From an uncultured Candidatus Binatia bacterium (GTDB lineage: Bacteria; Desulfobacterota; Binatia; Bin18): 64,000 bases of DNA. The position numbers were made by a program, and so were the translations under genes. The stretch spans positions 2,240,001 through 2,304,000 of the forward strand of contig OZ243961.1 in the NCBI GenBank assembly GCA_965214605.1. The letters run 5' to 3'. Shown one piece after another: positions 38,414 to 48,123 of the stretch; within the stretch, counting starts at the first letter, position 1, and the number at the start of each line of letters is the position of its first letter. The notes below the pieces were generated by a model. That model searched no databases and was not told the origin of the DNA. It saw only the letters and a list, made by a program, of their open reading frames with translations.

Positions 38414-41266
38414 CTAGAAGGGAGGGGACTCGGATTGGTCTTTACTCTGGATAGCGCACGCAAGGAAACGAGCTCCACGCAAAATCGCCCGGTTACCTCG
38501 AACCGCATCGAGCAATGTATCTAGTTCCTTGCCGAACATACGGGGAAGCAGGTGGGCCTCAGTGCCTAACCTAAGGGCGAAATCGGATAGCACCCGATCG
38601 GTACTCACGTCATATCTGGCTGCCAGTTCCGAATACCATCGTGACATTTCGGCAGAGTTGTAGACTGCTTGGCCACATTGTCGGCGTAGCACCGCAGAAA
38701 ATCCTGTGTACCGTCTCTGCACGTTCTTTAGGAGGTTGTCGAGAGCGTTCACGGAATCTGACGCGTTCCAGAATTCAACTTCCGCGCGTGCCCATTGTTG
38801 GCCACAGAGCTTTTCGTAGATGATTTTGAGCAAACCTTCCACGATTTGGTTCCGTCGAATGTTGACAAGAGGGCCGAACTGCCTAGCGTTATACCAATCT
38901 GCATAGAGACGTAACGAATCCGCCAATGCAACAGAATTGTCACGCAGTCCAGCAAAATCAGGAGTGATTCCGAGACCTTTGAGGCCGCTGGCTGTCAGAC
39001 CTGCACTGACGACCACCACGTCTCTGCAACCTCCCTGACTCGCCTGAACCAGCCCGCCAGGCGGTTCAATGGAAATCCCGGATAGTGCCCTTGTTGATGA
39101 GCGACGTTCTGCCTTGAGTGGATGGGTCATGCTGAAGAAAAGGACGTCAGGGGTGGACTCTTCCAAGCCGGTGTCGTCGATCAGTCTGGCGACAACATCG
39201 CCGCCACCGCGGCGAACAACCCAGCGCAGAGGGATCACGTCGTGTTCAAAATGGAACGAAAATCTGCCTAGCTCCTCTCCTACTATATCGAGTTGGCCAT
39301 TAGCGGCTTCGAGATAACGCCACGCGTTCTGTTCACGTTCCAGAAACCGGGCAAATCTTTCTCGCCACGCAGTCGAAAGGATCGGCAGTTCCATAGGGCC
39401 GCCAATCTGTTCCGATAGAATCTCGTTACCGTTTCTATTCTTGAGAGAGACGACTAACCTCACCGAACGACTTCCGGGACCCAGCACGGACAGACTCGCC
39501 TCGTTTCTCCAGAAAATATCCAGATTGGCGTCGTGAGGATCAAGTGTTGCAATCAGGCCACCGTGGGAGGCAACGCCGGGGGTCCATGGCTCAGGCTCTC
39601 GCACATAAAGATCGACGAAGCCCTCAGCCGCGGGTGTCGGAACAATAGAATCCAGAGCAGGGCTGCGGCGCGCTTTGATTGTAAGGGTGTGATTACCCGT
39701 CGGAAGCGGTGCGAGCCGTACGAAAATAGGATCGCCCAGTTCCCCTGCTTCGATTTCCTCCTCAACATCATCATTGAGGCAGAGCGTATATGTGTCTACG
39801 GGGTGATCGTGCATAACCCCGAAGCATGGCGCTTCAGTCGTGAGCCATTCGCTGTGTCCTTCACCATCCCACCCGCGGCCGGAAAGACCGGCAGGCCAGA
39901 TTCGGATTGTCCGCGCCACTTGCAGGTCGAGCCCCTTGAGCCATGCAGTATCCTCCACCGACACCTCAGAAGGCATCTCTAGCCGAAAGGCGTTTATGCC
40001 GGCACAATCTATGTGACAAGCAGTCATCCCAGGATATTGATCGGGCAACTTTCCGGTCGTGACGACAATATAGCTGCAATTGGGCCGAACGATGCGACCC
40101 GCAATTTCCCGAGCCAAGCCGTCGGTTCCAATGCGGAACAACCAGATCGGTCCGCGATTCAGGCGACATTCGGTTTCAAGAATATTGTCGATTCGTCCGT
40201 GAGGTCGCTCGAATTGCAAGAGTGGCTTTTCCGGGTCGGGCCAGGACCTCAGCACCCCTTTTCTGTTCCCAGAAAGCAGCCATCCAGCGGGTTTGAAATC
40301 ATCGGCTCCGTTAAGGCGACATCTGCTGCGCTTCAGAAAAGACTGAATGTCTGCACCTAGTGTGGCGACATTTCGGAACGACGGAATTTCCAACCGGACA
40401 GACCAGTTGCCCCCGCCCCTATAGCCCAGCATGATGCTAGGCCGCACGCCATATTGCAGCGCCTCCTGGTGCTGCGGAGTCCCGTGAGGAGCAGACGACC
40501 GGAACAATCCGCGGCCTATTCCTCTGAATCGATCCTTGACGAAACGACGTGTTTCCTTCAGCCATTCACGCGTGTTGCGAACCCTATCCAGATCTTCAAC
40601 GATCCGTTGAAGGGTCGGCGGATAAATTGGCTCGCTACCCTCGACCGATTCCTCTCCCAGAAGGGCCAGGACGATCCGCCCTGTCAGGGCCTCCTGCTGC
40701 AGAAACTTCTGGAAGCGAGTGGAAGCATGGTAGGCGTTTTCCCACAATAGCCGTCCGATATAGGCTGGTTCCAGCGTTGCCAGACTTGCGAGGCGGTAGC
40801 GCAGATCAAAAAGTGTTTTGGCAAACTGGATCTGCAGGTATTTCGGCAGAATTGCGTGGGTTATGGGTTTTGAGATGATGCTGAAATGATTAGCCCATCG
40901 GCCGGACGGAACTACGCCGTCGTAGGTGTTCTGGAATCTCGTGAACCAACGAGAAAGTTGATGCCGATCCTTAGCCTCCCATGCGGGTGTCTCCGCCTCG
41001 AACGACGGCCAATACTCGTCCCCTTTGTATTTGTAACCTTGCTCAGTAGCGTAGATTACCCAGAGAAGCCAGTGCGGCGACGCCGGGAGCCCAGCGTTAA
41101 GGCGGAAACGGAGCAACGATGAGACTTCGTCGATTTCTTCATCATTGAGACCATGTTCAAGAGCAAAAAGATGGAGCCCTGAATCCGTGCGGCTGCGGGC
41201 AAGGGATTCAAAGTGCCTTCCAACACGGTTCTGCCATTGTTCAAGAGAATTGGCAGGCTCGCCCAT
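38414..41266 (-). CDS. Large Druantia accessory protein, probable DruB-DruC fusion
   Basis: About 950 aa from MGEPANS (AAGGA RBS), between druA and the putative druD; N-terminal FALEHGL...YATEQGY.Y.GDEYW. Assigned by synteny. Confidence 0.6.
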   Translation of the reverse strand: MGEPANSLEQWQNRVGRHFESLARSRTDSGLHLFALEHGLNDEEIDEVSSLLRFRLNAGLPASPHWLLWVIYATEQGYKYKGDEYWPSFEAETPAWEAKDRHQLSRWFTRFQNTYDGVVPSGRWANHFSIISKPITHAILPKYLQIQFAKTLFDLRYRLASLATLEPAYIGRLLWENAYHASTRFQKFLQQEALTGRIVLALLGEESVEGSEPIYPPTLQRIVEDLDRVRNTREWLKETRRFVKDRFRGIGRGLFRSSAPHGTPQHQEALQYGVRPSIMLGYRGGGNWSVRLEIPSFRNVATLGADIQSFLKRSRCRLNGADDFKPAGWLLSGNRKGVLRSWPDPEKPLLQFERPHGRIDNILETECRLNRGPIWLFRIGTDGLAREIAGRIVRPNCSYIVVTTGKLPDQYPGMTACHIDCAGINAFRLEMPSEVSVEDTAWLKGLDLQVARTIRIWPAGLSGRGWDGEGHSEWLTTEAPCFGVMHDHPVDTYTLCLNDDVEEEIEAGELGDPIFVRLAPLPTGNHTLTIKARRSPALDSIVPTPAAEGFVDLYVREPEPWTPGVASHGGLIATLDPHDANLDIFWRNEASLSVLGPGSRSVRLVVSLKNRNGNEILSEQIGGPMELPILSTAWRERFARFLEREQNAWRYLEAANGQLDIVGEELGRFSFHFEHDVIPLRWVVRRGGGDVVARLIDDTGLEESTPDVLFFSMTHPLKAERRSSTRALSGISIEPPGGLVQASQGGCRDVVVVSAGLTASGLKGLGITPDFAGLRDNSVALADSLRLYADWYNARQFGPLVNIRRNQIVEGLLKIIYEKLCGQQWARAEVEFWNASDSVNALDNLLKNVQRRYTGFSAVLRRQCGQAVYNSAEMSRWYSELAARYDVSTDRVLSDFALRLGTEAHLLPRMFGKELDTLLDAVRGNRAILRGARFLACAIQSKDQSESPPF

Positions 41267-41282
41267 ATTTTTTTCCTTAGCT

Positions 41283-42476
41283 TTACGGCTTGCCGGACGA
41301 CATTGTAAGATCACCTCTGATGCTGCGGTTCCGATTGCTCAACAGTTCGAGGAGGTCTTCACGTGTCCAGTTTCGGTATTCGGTCCGCCGCTGCGAACGC
41401 GGCAATATCCAGCGATCCAGTGCCAATTGAGATACCCCGCTGACATCAAGGAGCGATGAGAGGTCAGGATGCCCTTGGCCTGTACGGAGCAATTTCTTCG
41501 CGTTTGAGGCCAACAGGCAGAGGAAAACCTCCCGTTGAACCCCATGGCGTAGCAGATCTCCCTTGAATCCCAATTCCCTCAAAGCAGCCCGCATGGTACG
41601 CAAACGCCAATTTGGCCCACTCCCGAAGCGGTGAAGATCGGCATATGGATGTTCGATTTCGCGCAGATAGTTTCGTAATTCGGTGAACAACCTGTCGGGA
41701 ATATGAAAGTGACCCCATCCGGCGGTATAGCCAATAGACCTGAAATACTCGATGCCGTCCAGTTTCAGCCTGTTGTATACCGAGGAGCGACCCAAGGACG
41801 ACGATGTCGTGACAGCAAGAAGACGCGCCTCCTTCCTCTGCTGCGAAATGATGCCGGTCGTTCCTCCGTACGCACGTATGAAATCCTTGTATACTTCGCG
41901 AGTCCGAACCAGACAGGCAACCAGCTTGCCACCGAGCAAGGTGTTGTATGGTGGCAGGGATCCAAGAACATAGGCGTCCATGACATTGACGAGACGCGCC
42001 CTGCGGTCGTGGACGTTCCATTCGATGAGGTCGTCCCGCACAGAGAGGTTGAAAACTGGGTCTCCGATCGCAAGCAGCCCGAGCAATTTCTGATTGTTTC
42101 CGTCCCATACAAGATACCTGAGACGGCGGCCAAACCCGTTCGATACCGGAACAGACCATGTCAGAGACGCCAGCCTGAATAACTCGGACTGCCATGTGTC
42201 TGAAGATATTCTGTCGAGAACCGGCAAGATATTGTGCGGCTCGACCTCTTGGCCGGCAGCGAAATGTTTGAGTAATACCGGAGTACGTCGCGCCAAAAAC
42301 TCACGGTTCTTCTCTAGTAGATCACGCCTCTGCGATTCGTGAAGTGCACGTATGACATCCTTGCCGCTACCTTCAATTGCAAGGGCGCCTTCAGTCGTTT
42401 TATGAAACCCGATCTTACGGAGATGGCGACGAATTCTTCTCTTGAGAGTTGCTTTTCTAGAAGAAATATTGATGAC
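41283..42476 (-). CDS. druA: Druantia DruA (DUF4338); 5' end uncertain
   Basis: WSVPVSNGFGRR, MDAYVLGSLPPYNTLLGGKLVA, TTSSSLGRSSVYNRL, GYTAGWGHFH. The frame is open about 60 codons upstream of the TTG at 42296, up to a TAA at 42477-42479. Confidence 0.85.
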   Translation of the reverse strand, partial: VINISSRKATLKRRIRRHLRKIGFHKTTEGALAIEGSGKDVIRALHESQRRDLLEKNREFLARRTPVLLKHFAAGQEVEPHNILPVLDRISSDTWQSELFRLASLTWSVPVSNGFGRRLRYLVWDGNNQKLLGLLAIGDPVFNLSVRDDLIEWNVHDRRARLVNVMDAYVLGSLPPYNTLLGGKLVACLVRTREVYKDFIRAYGGTTGIISQQRKEARLLAVTTSSSLGRSSVYNRLKLDGIEYFRSIGYTAGWGHFHIPDRLFTELRNYLREIEHPYADLHRFGSGPNWRLRTMRAALRELGFKGDLLRHGVQREVFLCLLASNAKKLLRTGQGHPDLSSLLDVSGVSQLALDRWILPRSQRRTEYRNWTREDLLELLSNRNRSIRGDLTMSSGKP

Positions 42477-42673
42477 TTATTGTTTCAGGTGCTTCTCACT
42501 TAGTACTACAGTTGTAGTTTAAGCGATGACATGGATGTTGCTCTCATTTTAACGCGAAAGACCTCTGATATCGGCAGATTTTTCGTCCATTGGGGTAGCT
42601 GCGTATCTCCATTATCAGCGGTGCCAAGGCGGTAATTGTAAATTGCACTAAACAACGAAAACGGTCAGTCAGA

Positions 42674-43225
42674 ATGATTGAGCCTCCCTATTCATCGCAG
42701 GTTGGAAATCGAATATCCCTACCGGAGCACTTCGACGTGCCGGTTATTCTGGAGGACAGACGACCACTCGGCGCGGACGGCAGCGGTGGTTACGAATGCC
42801 GTGTCCGACTACCCGACAGAGCACTTGAGGAAGCAGTTATCTCTTCCGAGGAGGCCGAGGGCATTTTCGGCACCACAGCAGCAAAAGCGACCGGAAGAAC
42901 AATAACCCACCCTGTAGATCCCGAACGACTCAGACTCTTGGTCGAGTCCGTGCGCATCCGCCTCGCCCATGCCTACGATCGCCAATTCGCAGTCAGCCTC
43001 TCTGGTATCCGCACATTGCCCCACCAAATCAAGGCGGTCTATCGCAAGATGCTGCCGCAACCTCGATTGCGCTTCCTGCTCGTCAGCGATCCCGGTGCGG
43101 GCAAGATAATCATGGCGGGGCTTCTTGTCAAGGAACTCTTGCCACAGGGACGGCTGGCGCTGCCCGGCAACACCGCCGACAGGCAGCCCGCACTGCAAAA
43201 GAAACTGGAGCAAGCACAGGAGTAG
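42674..43225 (+). pseudogene. Truncated SNF2-family helicase N-terminus (type found with DUF499/DUF1156 defence loci)
   Basis: LRLLVES.RIRLA..YD...LPHQIKAVY.KMLPQPRLRFLL, a degenerate Walker A (VSDPGAGKI), then loss of similarity and a stop. Confidence 0.8.
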
Positions 43226-45388
43226 GCAGGGACCTGGGCGTTAATCCAGACGCCGCCCTCGCAGGCCGGGAGTTGCAGCGTCGCTATGCTGAGGCTAAGG
43301 CGGGTGCCAACGTGGAGGTTGAGGCTTACAACCACCTAGCCAACTTTTTTCCCGCTGCTATGATGAGGGCACCTTCATATCACTGCGCCGCTATTCGGGC
43401 AGGGGCCAGTCAACCTATTTGATTTCTTACGATGAGATGGAGCTGCAGCGGGCCAATCCAGACCAGTATTGCGTCACGTCCACCAAAAACGATGCCTCCT
43501 ATGTCTTCATTGTGGCTGCGAGCGCGGTAAACTGCCGGATACGCGTTGAGACCGCGCAGGACGACGCAAAGCAGGAGAATGGGAAGGAAGTCACCGGCCG
43601 GCAGCGCCGTTTTGTGCTGTCCGAGAGCACGGGACCGGTCACCATTGACAACGACGAGCCTAGGCGTTCGCTGTGAGCATCGGTCATTGACTACAAGCGA
43701 GAAGAAAGTCTGGTCCAGCAGCAAGCAGCAGGAACGGCATCAACGAAACGGCGCGTAACCGGCGTCCTGAAAGCCCTACCCGCGGACTGGCCGGGTTCGC
43801 CCCAACCAATCGTAACCCCGAGCGTACAGCCTTAGACAAGCACCTTGTCACATACACCGTCAAGAACAGCTTTGACTCTTTCATTCACAAGACGGGGTTC
43901 TGCAGCACGAGTTGGACCCGTGCCTGAAGCCCGAGGTGTTGGATTAAATGATCTACAACAGATCGACGTTGGCCAGCCGGCTTCTTGATCGAACTTCGAG
44001 AAGCCGCGCGATTAGCATTGATAAGAGGGAGTGAGATTTGTCTCCTCTTCTAGTTTTGCTACAGAACATTGAACTCGGACAGGCTACCAAAACCGTCGCC
44101 GTGAAGATGGCCGAACCGACCGAGGTAAAGGTGGCGCCTATCATACGCTCCAATGGGATTTCTAAACTCAAAGAGCATATCGTCCTCGCCAAACCGTCAG
44201 GACTTTAGGACTTTCAAATCGAAAAAGTACCAAAGGAGCGGTCGGATGCTGAATACAATCTGCTCCTTACCAGTATGTCACGGCCACAAGGCAAAACGAG
44301 CGAAAGGATATCGTCGGAAACTCGAACAGAACGGATATCGATGTGAAAATTGCCGACAGTCTGTGTCAGAAGATATTCCTACGTCCAGTCAAATACTTTC
44401 TGAAAATGGTTCCCGCTCCAGCAAATCAATTCTCGGAAGTATGAGAACGCTTGCGTACTGTTCGCCCTGTCGCCACAACTGCGAAAGCTTTGGCCGACGA
44501 AAAAGGCAAAGTTCTCCTACCACCTGTTTCACTATTGCGCCTCCTCAGCAAGGTCTGTACCTTATGAAGGCAGAGTATGATCAAGAGGGAGAACACCCCC
44601 GCATCCCTCTTCTGTTGGCGATGACTATCTTACCGGAAACACCTAATCGGACTGGCCGCTTCGGTGAGTTGGTTTGTGATGACTTCCTTGGCACTACAAC
44701 CACTACGGCAGCTCAAAAGATGGGCGGAAAGTGGCTTAGGAGTCGAGTCGGCTCCCTTCTTTGACAATCTTCCACTCCCACAGATGAAATTGGCGCTCCT
44801 TGGTGAAAGAGGCAAGGACAATGACCACGAAATTCTGACACTGATCGAATGCGTCCCACGACACGAATACTCTTTGGAAGATCTCTGCAAGGACCTAGCT
44901 GGGATCTTTGATAACGCTCTAATCGCTTATTTCATTGAGGGGGTAAATGAGGCCCCAATATCCCAGAGGCGAGTCAGAAAGCTGGTGAAGTGACGATGAA
45001 AGCCGTCCAGAGTGTGCGGTGGCTTTGAGGGGGCGGCAACCCATCTGCGCTAGGCAGCGGATCAGATAAACACGAGGTAATATGCAAAGTCGCTTACGGA
45101 CAGTATCCGTGCTGTTGAATCCGTGGCGCGCCTGATTAGTCCGGAAGCGAGCAGCCCCCCCACCGCAACGTCCTCACCCGGGGCAGTTCCGCTGGCTCTC
45201 AGTTTATCGCTCAGTGAGACGGCTGGGCGGCTCGGTGTTTAGCATCGGATTCGAACCTGCGGCCGCTGGCGTGTATTTCCCGAACGAGTCCGCCCTCCTC
45301 AAGCAGACAATCGGACACGTCTTGCAAGCCGGTCCTCACGCCGACGTTTACAAAGCCCTCGAAATAGGCTGATATGCCTCAGTGAGGA

Positions 45389-46462
45389 ATGTTCATGATC
45401 CAAGACGATAGCTATGAGCTGGAAGATCAGACCGATCTGACTGAGTTTTACTTTGACCAGGGCGTGACCGACGGACTGCCGGTTGTTCCTCCAACCGAAA
45501 ATCGGATGCGCGCGATGCTGGCAGCCACCAGACAGTCTCTCGCTGAGGTCATTGCCGCGGTGCCGCCGAACTACGCCGACGCTACGGTTGAGAAGATCGC
45601 CGTCAACGCCGTCATGGCGGGCTGTAAACCGGCCTACCTGCCAGTTGTGATTGCCGGTGTCCGTGCCATGTGTGATGAACGGGCGAATCTGCACGGGGTG
45701 CAGGGGACAACACATACCGCCACGCCCCTTTTTATTATCAATGGTCCGATTCGTCGGCAGCTCGACATCAACTGCGCCACCGGTGTGTTTGGCTCAGGCT
45801 GGCGGGCGAACGCTACGATTGGTCGGGCGCTGCGGCTTATTATGGTCAATATCGGCGGTGCCCAGCCCGGAGAAATCGACAAGTCGGCCATGGGCCACCC
45901 TGGCAAGTACACCTATTGCATCGGCGAGTATGAGGAGGCGAGTCCATGGGAACCGCTGCACGTTGAGCAGGGTTATGAGAAACAGCAAAGCACAATCAGC
46001 GTGTATTGCTGCGACGCTCCCCAGTGCATCAGCAACCACGGCAGTCGGACCGCCCGAGGTATCCTAGGAACGATTGGGGCCAGCATGAGCGTTGGCTGGA
46101 GCGACAAGACCTATCTGTCGAACAATCATTTAGTGATCATTGGTCCCGAGCACGCAAAAACCATTGCCGCCGGCGGCTTGGATAAACGGGGAGTGAAACG
46201 TTTTCTCTATGAAAATGTCCGCCGGCCGCTGCGTGAGCTGCTGCCCGGTCCGGACGGCAGCGAGGGCCTTCGCCGCGAACAGTTGCCCGGTTGGCTTGAT
46301 GCAGACAACGCGGCCGCGCTGATTCCAAAAGTCGTGGCCCCGGAAAATATTGTTGTCGCCGTTGCCGGGGGAACCGCCGGGCGCTTCTCGCTCCACATGT
46401 GCGGCTGGGGAGGTGGCGCAGGCAGCAGCCAACTTGTCACCGTCCCGATTACCGAAGACTGA
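45389..46462 (+). CDS. Conserved partner of UGSC-family proteins (function unknown)
   Basis: 357 aa; TDGLPVVPPT, TVEKIAVNAVMAGC, RANATIGRALRL, GHPGKY; 23 bp upstream of the UGSC gene. Confidence 0.8.
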   Translation: MFMIQDDSYELEDQTDLTEFYFDQGVTDGLPVVPPTENRMRAMLAATRQSLAEVIAAVPPNYADATVEKIAVNAVMAGCKPAYLPVVIAGVRAMCDERANLHGVQGTTHTATPLFIINGPIRRQLDINCATGVFGSGWRANATIGRALRLIMVNIGGAQPGEIDKSAMGHPGKYTYCIGEYEEASPWEPLHVEQGYEKQQSTISVYCCDAPQCISNHGSRTARGILGTIGASMSVGWSDKTYLSNNHLVIIGPEHAKTIAAGGLDKRGVKRFLYENVRRPLRELLPGPDGSEGLRREQLPGWLDADNAAALIPKVVAPENIVVAVAGGTAGRFSLHMCGWGGGAGSSQLVTVPITED

Positions 46463-46485
46463 TTGACAAACAGGAGGAAGAGACC

Positions 46486-47025
46486 ATGGCCAAACTCTAC
46501 AACCCAACCGCAGCTCCAGTGTCCACGAGCGCCTCACTGGCTGCCCGCATCCCAGACTTGCGGAACAAGACGATTGGTTTGCTCGATATCAGCAAAGCCA
46601 AGGGGGATTTTTTTCTTGACCGACTCGCCGAGCGGCTTGAACAACAGTTTCACCCGGCTGAGATCATTCGACGCGTGAAACCAACGTTTGCCCGTCCCGC
46701 ACCAGCAGACACACGCCAAGAACTGGCCCAAAAATGTCATCTGATCATCGAAGCCTTGGCCGATTGAGGGTCGTGTACAACGTGCAGTGTGCACGACGGA
46801 ATCTTTTTTGAGAAAGCTGGTATCCCCTCAGCAGTCTTTGCCACTACCGAGTTTCGCAACGCGGCACGTGCCCAGGCCAAGGCCCTGGGTCTCCCCGATT
46901 TTGAGGTCATTTTGGTTGAGCATCCCATTCAGCCTCTGACTGTGGATGAGGTCTATGGGCGGGCTGAGGCGGTATTTGAACAGCTGGTCGCAAAACTGAC
47001 CGGCAAGGTGCTCTTCGGCCGGTAG
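46486..47025 (+). CDS. UGSC-family selenoprotein (179 aa, Sec at codon 94)
   Basis: The ORFs ending at 46767 and starting at 46789 are in the same frame, separated only by TGA 46765-46767. Read-through gives ALAD-U-GSCTTCSVHD. AGGAGG RBS before the ATG at 46486. Confidence 0.88.
46770..46797 (+). promoter_or_regulatory. Candidate bacterial SECIS hairpin
   Basis: GTCGTGTACA-acgtgcag-TGTGCACGAC: 10-bp stem (one G-U) starting 3 nt after the UGA. Confidence 0.6.
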
Positions 47026-47083
47026 ACCGCGGGCTGAGGACCCGCGCCCTAGGGACGACCGACAGTCGCGCCTCTGCCTAACA

Positions 47084-48112
47084 TCACTCCAGCCCTGCAT
47101 CGGCGATTTTCAGCAGTTGCTTACCTAAATTCTTGCCCTCGAACAAACGCAAAAACGTGCGCGGGGCGTTGGCAAAGCCCTCTTGAATATCCTCCTGATG
47201 CACGAGCTGTCCGCTGTCCAGCCACGCGTTCAGCTCCTGTACCGCCTCGGCAAAACGGGGATAATAATCGACCAGGATAAAGCCCTCCATGCGCGCCCGC
47301 TGAAGAATCAAATTGAAATAGTTTTTAGGGCCGGGCTGGAGCTCTTCGTCGTTGTAACGAGAAATACCGCCGCACAGAACGATACGGGCCTTCATCGCAA
47401 TCCGGGCCAGCACCGCATCCAGAATCTCACCACCAACATTGTCAAAAAAGAGGTGGATACCGTCCGGACACAGCTCTCGCAGTCGGGCGGCAACGTCTTC
47501 GGATTTGTAATCAATGGCCGCATCAAAATGTGCCTCATTAGTCAGCCAGGCACCCTTGTCCGGTCCGCCGGCAATGCCAATCACCCGGCAGCCCTTGATT
47601 CTGGCGATCTGTCCGGCAATAGAGCCGGTAGCCCCAGCCGCTCCGGATACGACACACGTCTCACCCTCCTTGGGTTGACCAATATCGAGCACCCCAAAAT
47701 AGGCGGTCAGACCGGTGATACCCAGCACGCCGAGGGGAGCGGTGAGCGATGCTCCTGCAGGAATCTTCGACGCCGGCATCAGGCCGCCCTTCCCGGTAGT
47801 GACGGCGTATTCTTGCCAGCCGAATCCGCCCTGCACGCAGTCTCCGGACTGATAATCAGGATGTTTGGAAGCGATCACCTGTCCGGTAGTGACGGCCCGC
47901 ATGACTTCGCCGATTTGGACCGGCGGAATATAACTGGGCCGGTCATCCATCCAGCCCCGCATAGCCGGTTCAAAGGCAATATAGCAGTTACGAACGAGAA
48001 ACTGGCCGTCTTCCAGTTCTGGAATGGGCGTCTCGTGATACTGAAAATCGGACTCTTTAACCATGCCCTGGGGGCGGGCTGCCAACAGCCATTGGCCGTT
48101 CATAGGTGCCAT
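47084..48112 (-). CDS. NADP-dependent oxidoreductase (CurA/prostaglandin-reductase-like MDR)
   Basis: LAARPQG, GITGLTAYFG, VSGAAGATGS, FFDNVGG, GKNLGK. Confidence 0.93.
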   Translation of the reverse strand: MAPMNGQWLLAARPQGMVKESDFQYHETPIPELEDGQFLVRNCYIAFEPAMRGWMDDRPSYIPPVQIGEVMRAVTTGQVIASKHPDYQSGDCVQGGFGWQEYAVTTGKGGLMPASKIPAGASLTAPLGVLGITGLTAYFGVLDIGQPKEGETCVVSGAAGATGSIAGQIARIKGCRVIGIAGGPDKGAWLTNEAHFDAAIDYKSEDVAARLRELCPDGIHLFFDNVGGEILDAVLARIAMKARIVLCGGISRYNDEELQPGPKNYFNLILQRARMEGFILVDYYPRFAEAVQELNAWLDSGQLVHQEDIQEGFANAPRTFLRLFEGKNLGKQLLKIADAGLE

Positions 48113-48123
48113 ACAAATCCTCC

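Larger units (their letters stand above)
23154..45300. mobile_element. tRNA-anchored accessory/defence island, largely decayed
   Basis: Starts at the tRNA 3' end and is dense in TA, IS, ssb and defence genes and pseudogenes until core-type genes resume at 45389. No integrase or attR duplicate found, so the right boundary is approximate. Confidence 0.7.

Noticed and set aside
43410-44993. Short ORFs 43419-43676, 44153-44764 and 44664-44993
   Set aside because: No recognisable motifs or convincing RBS; treated as decayed island DNA.
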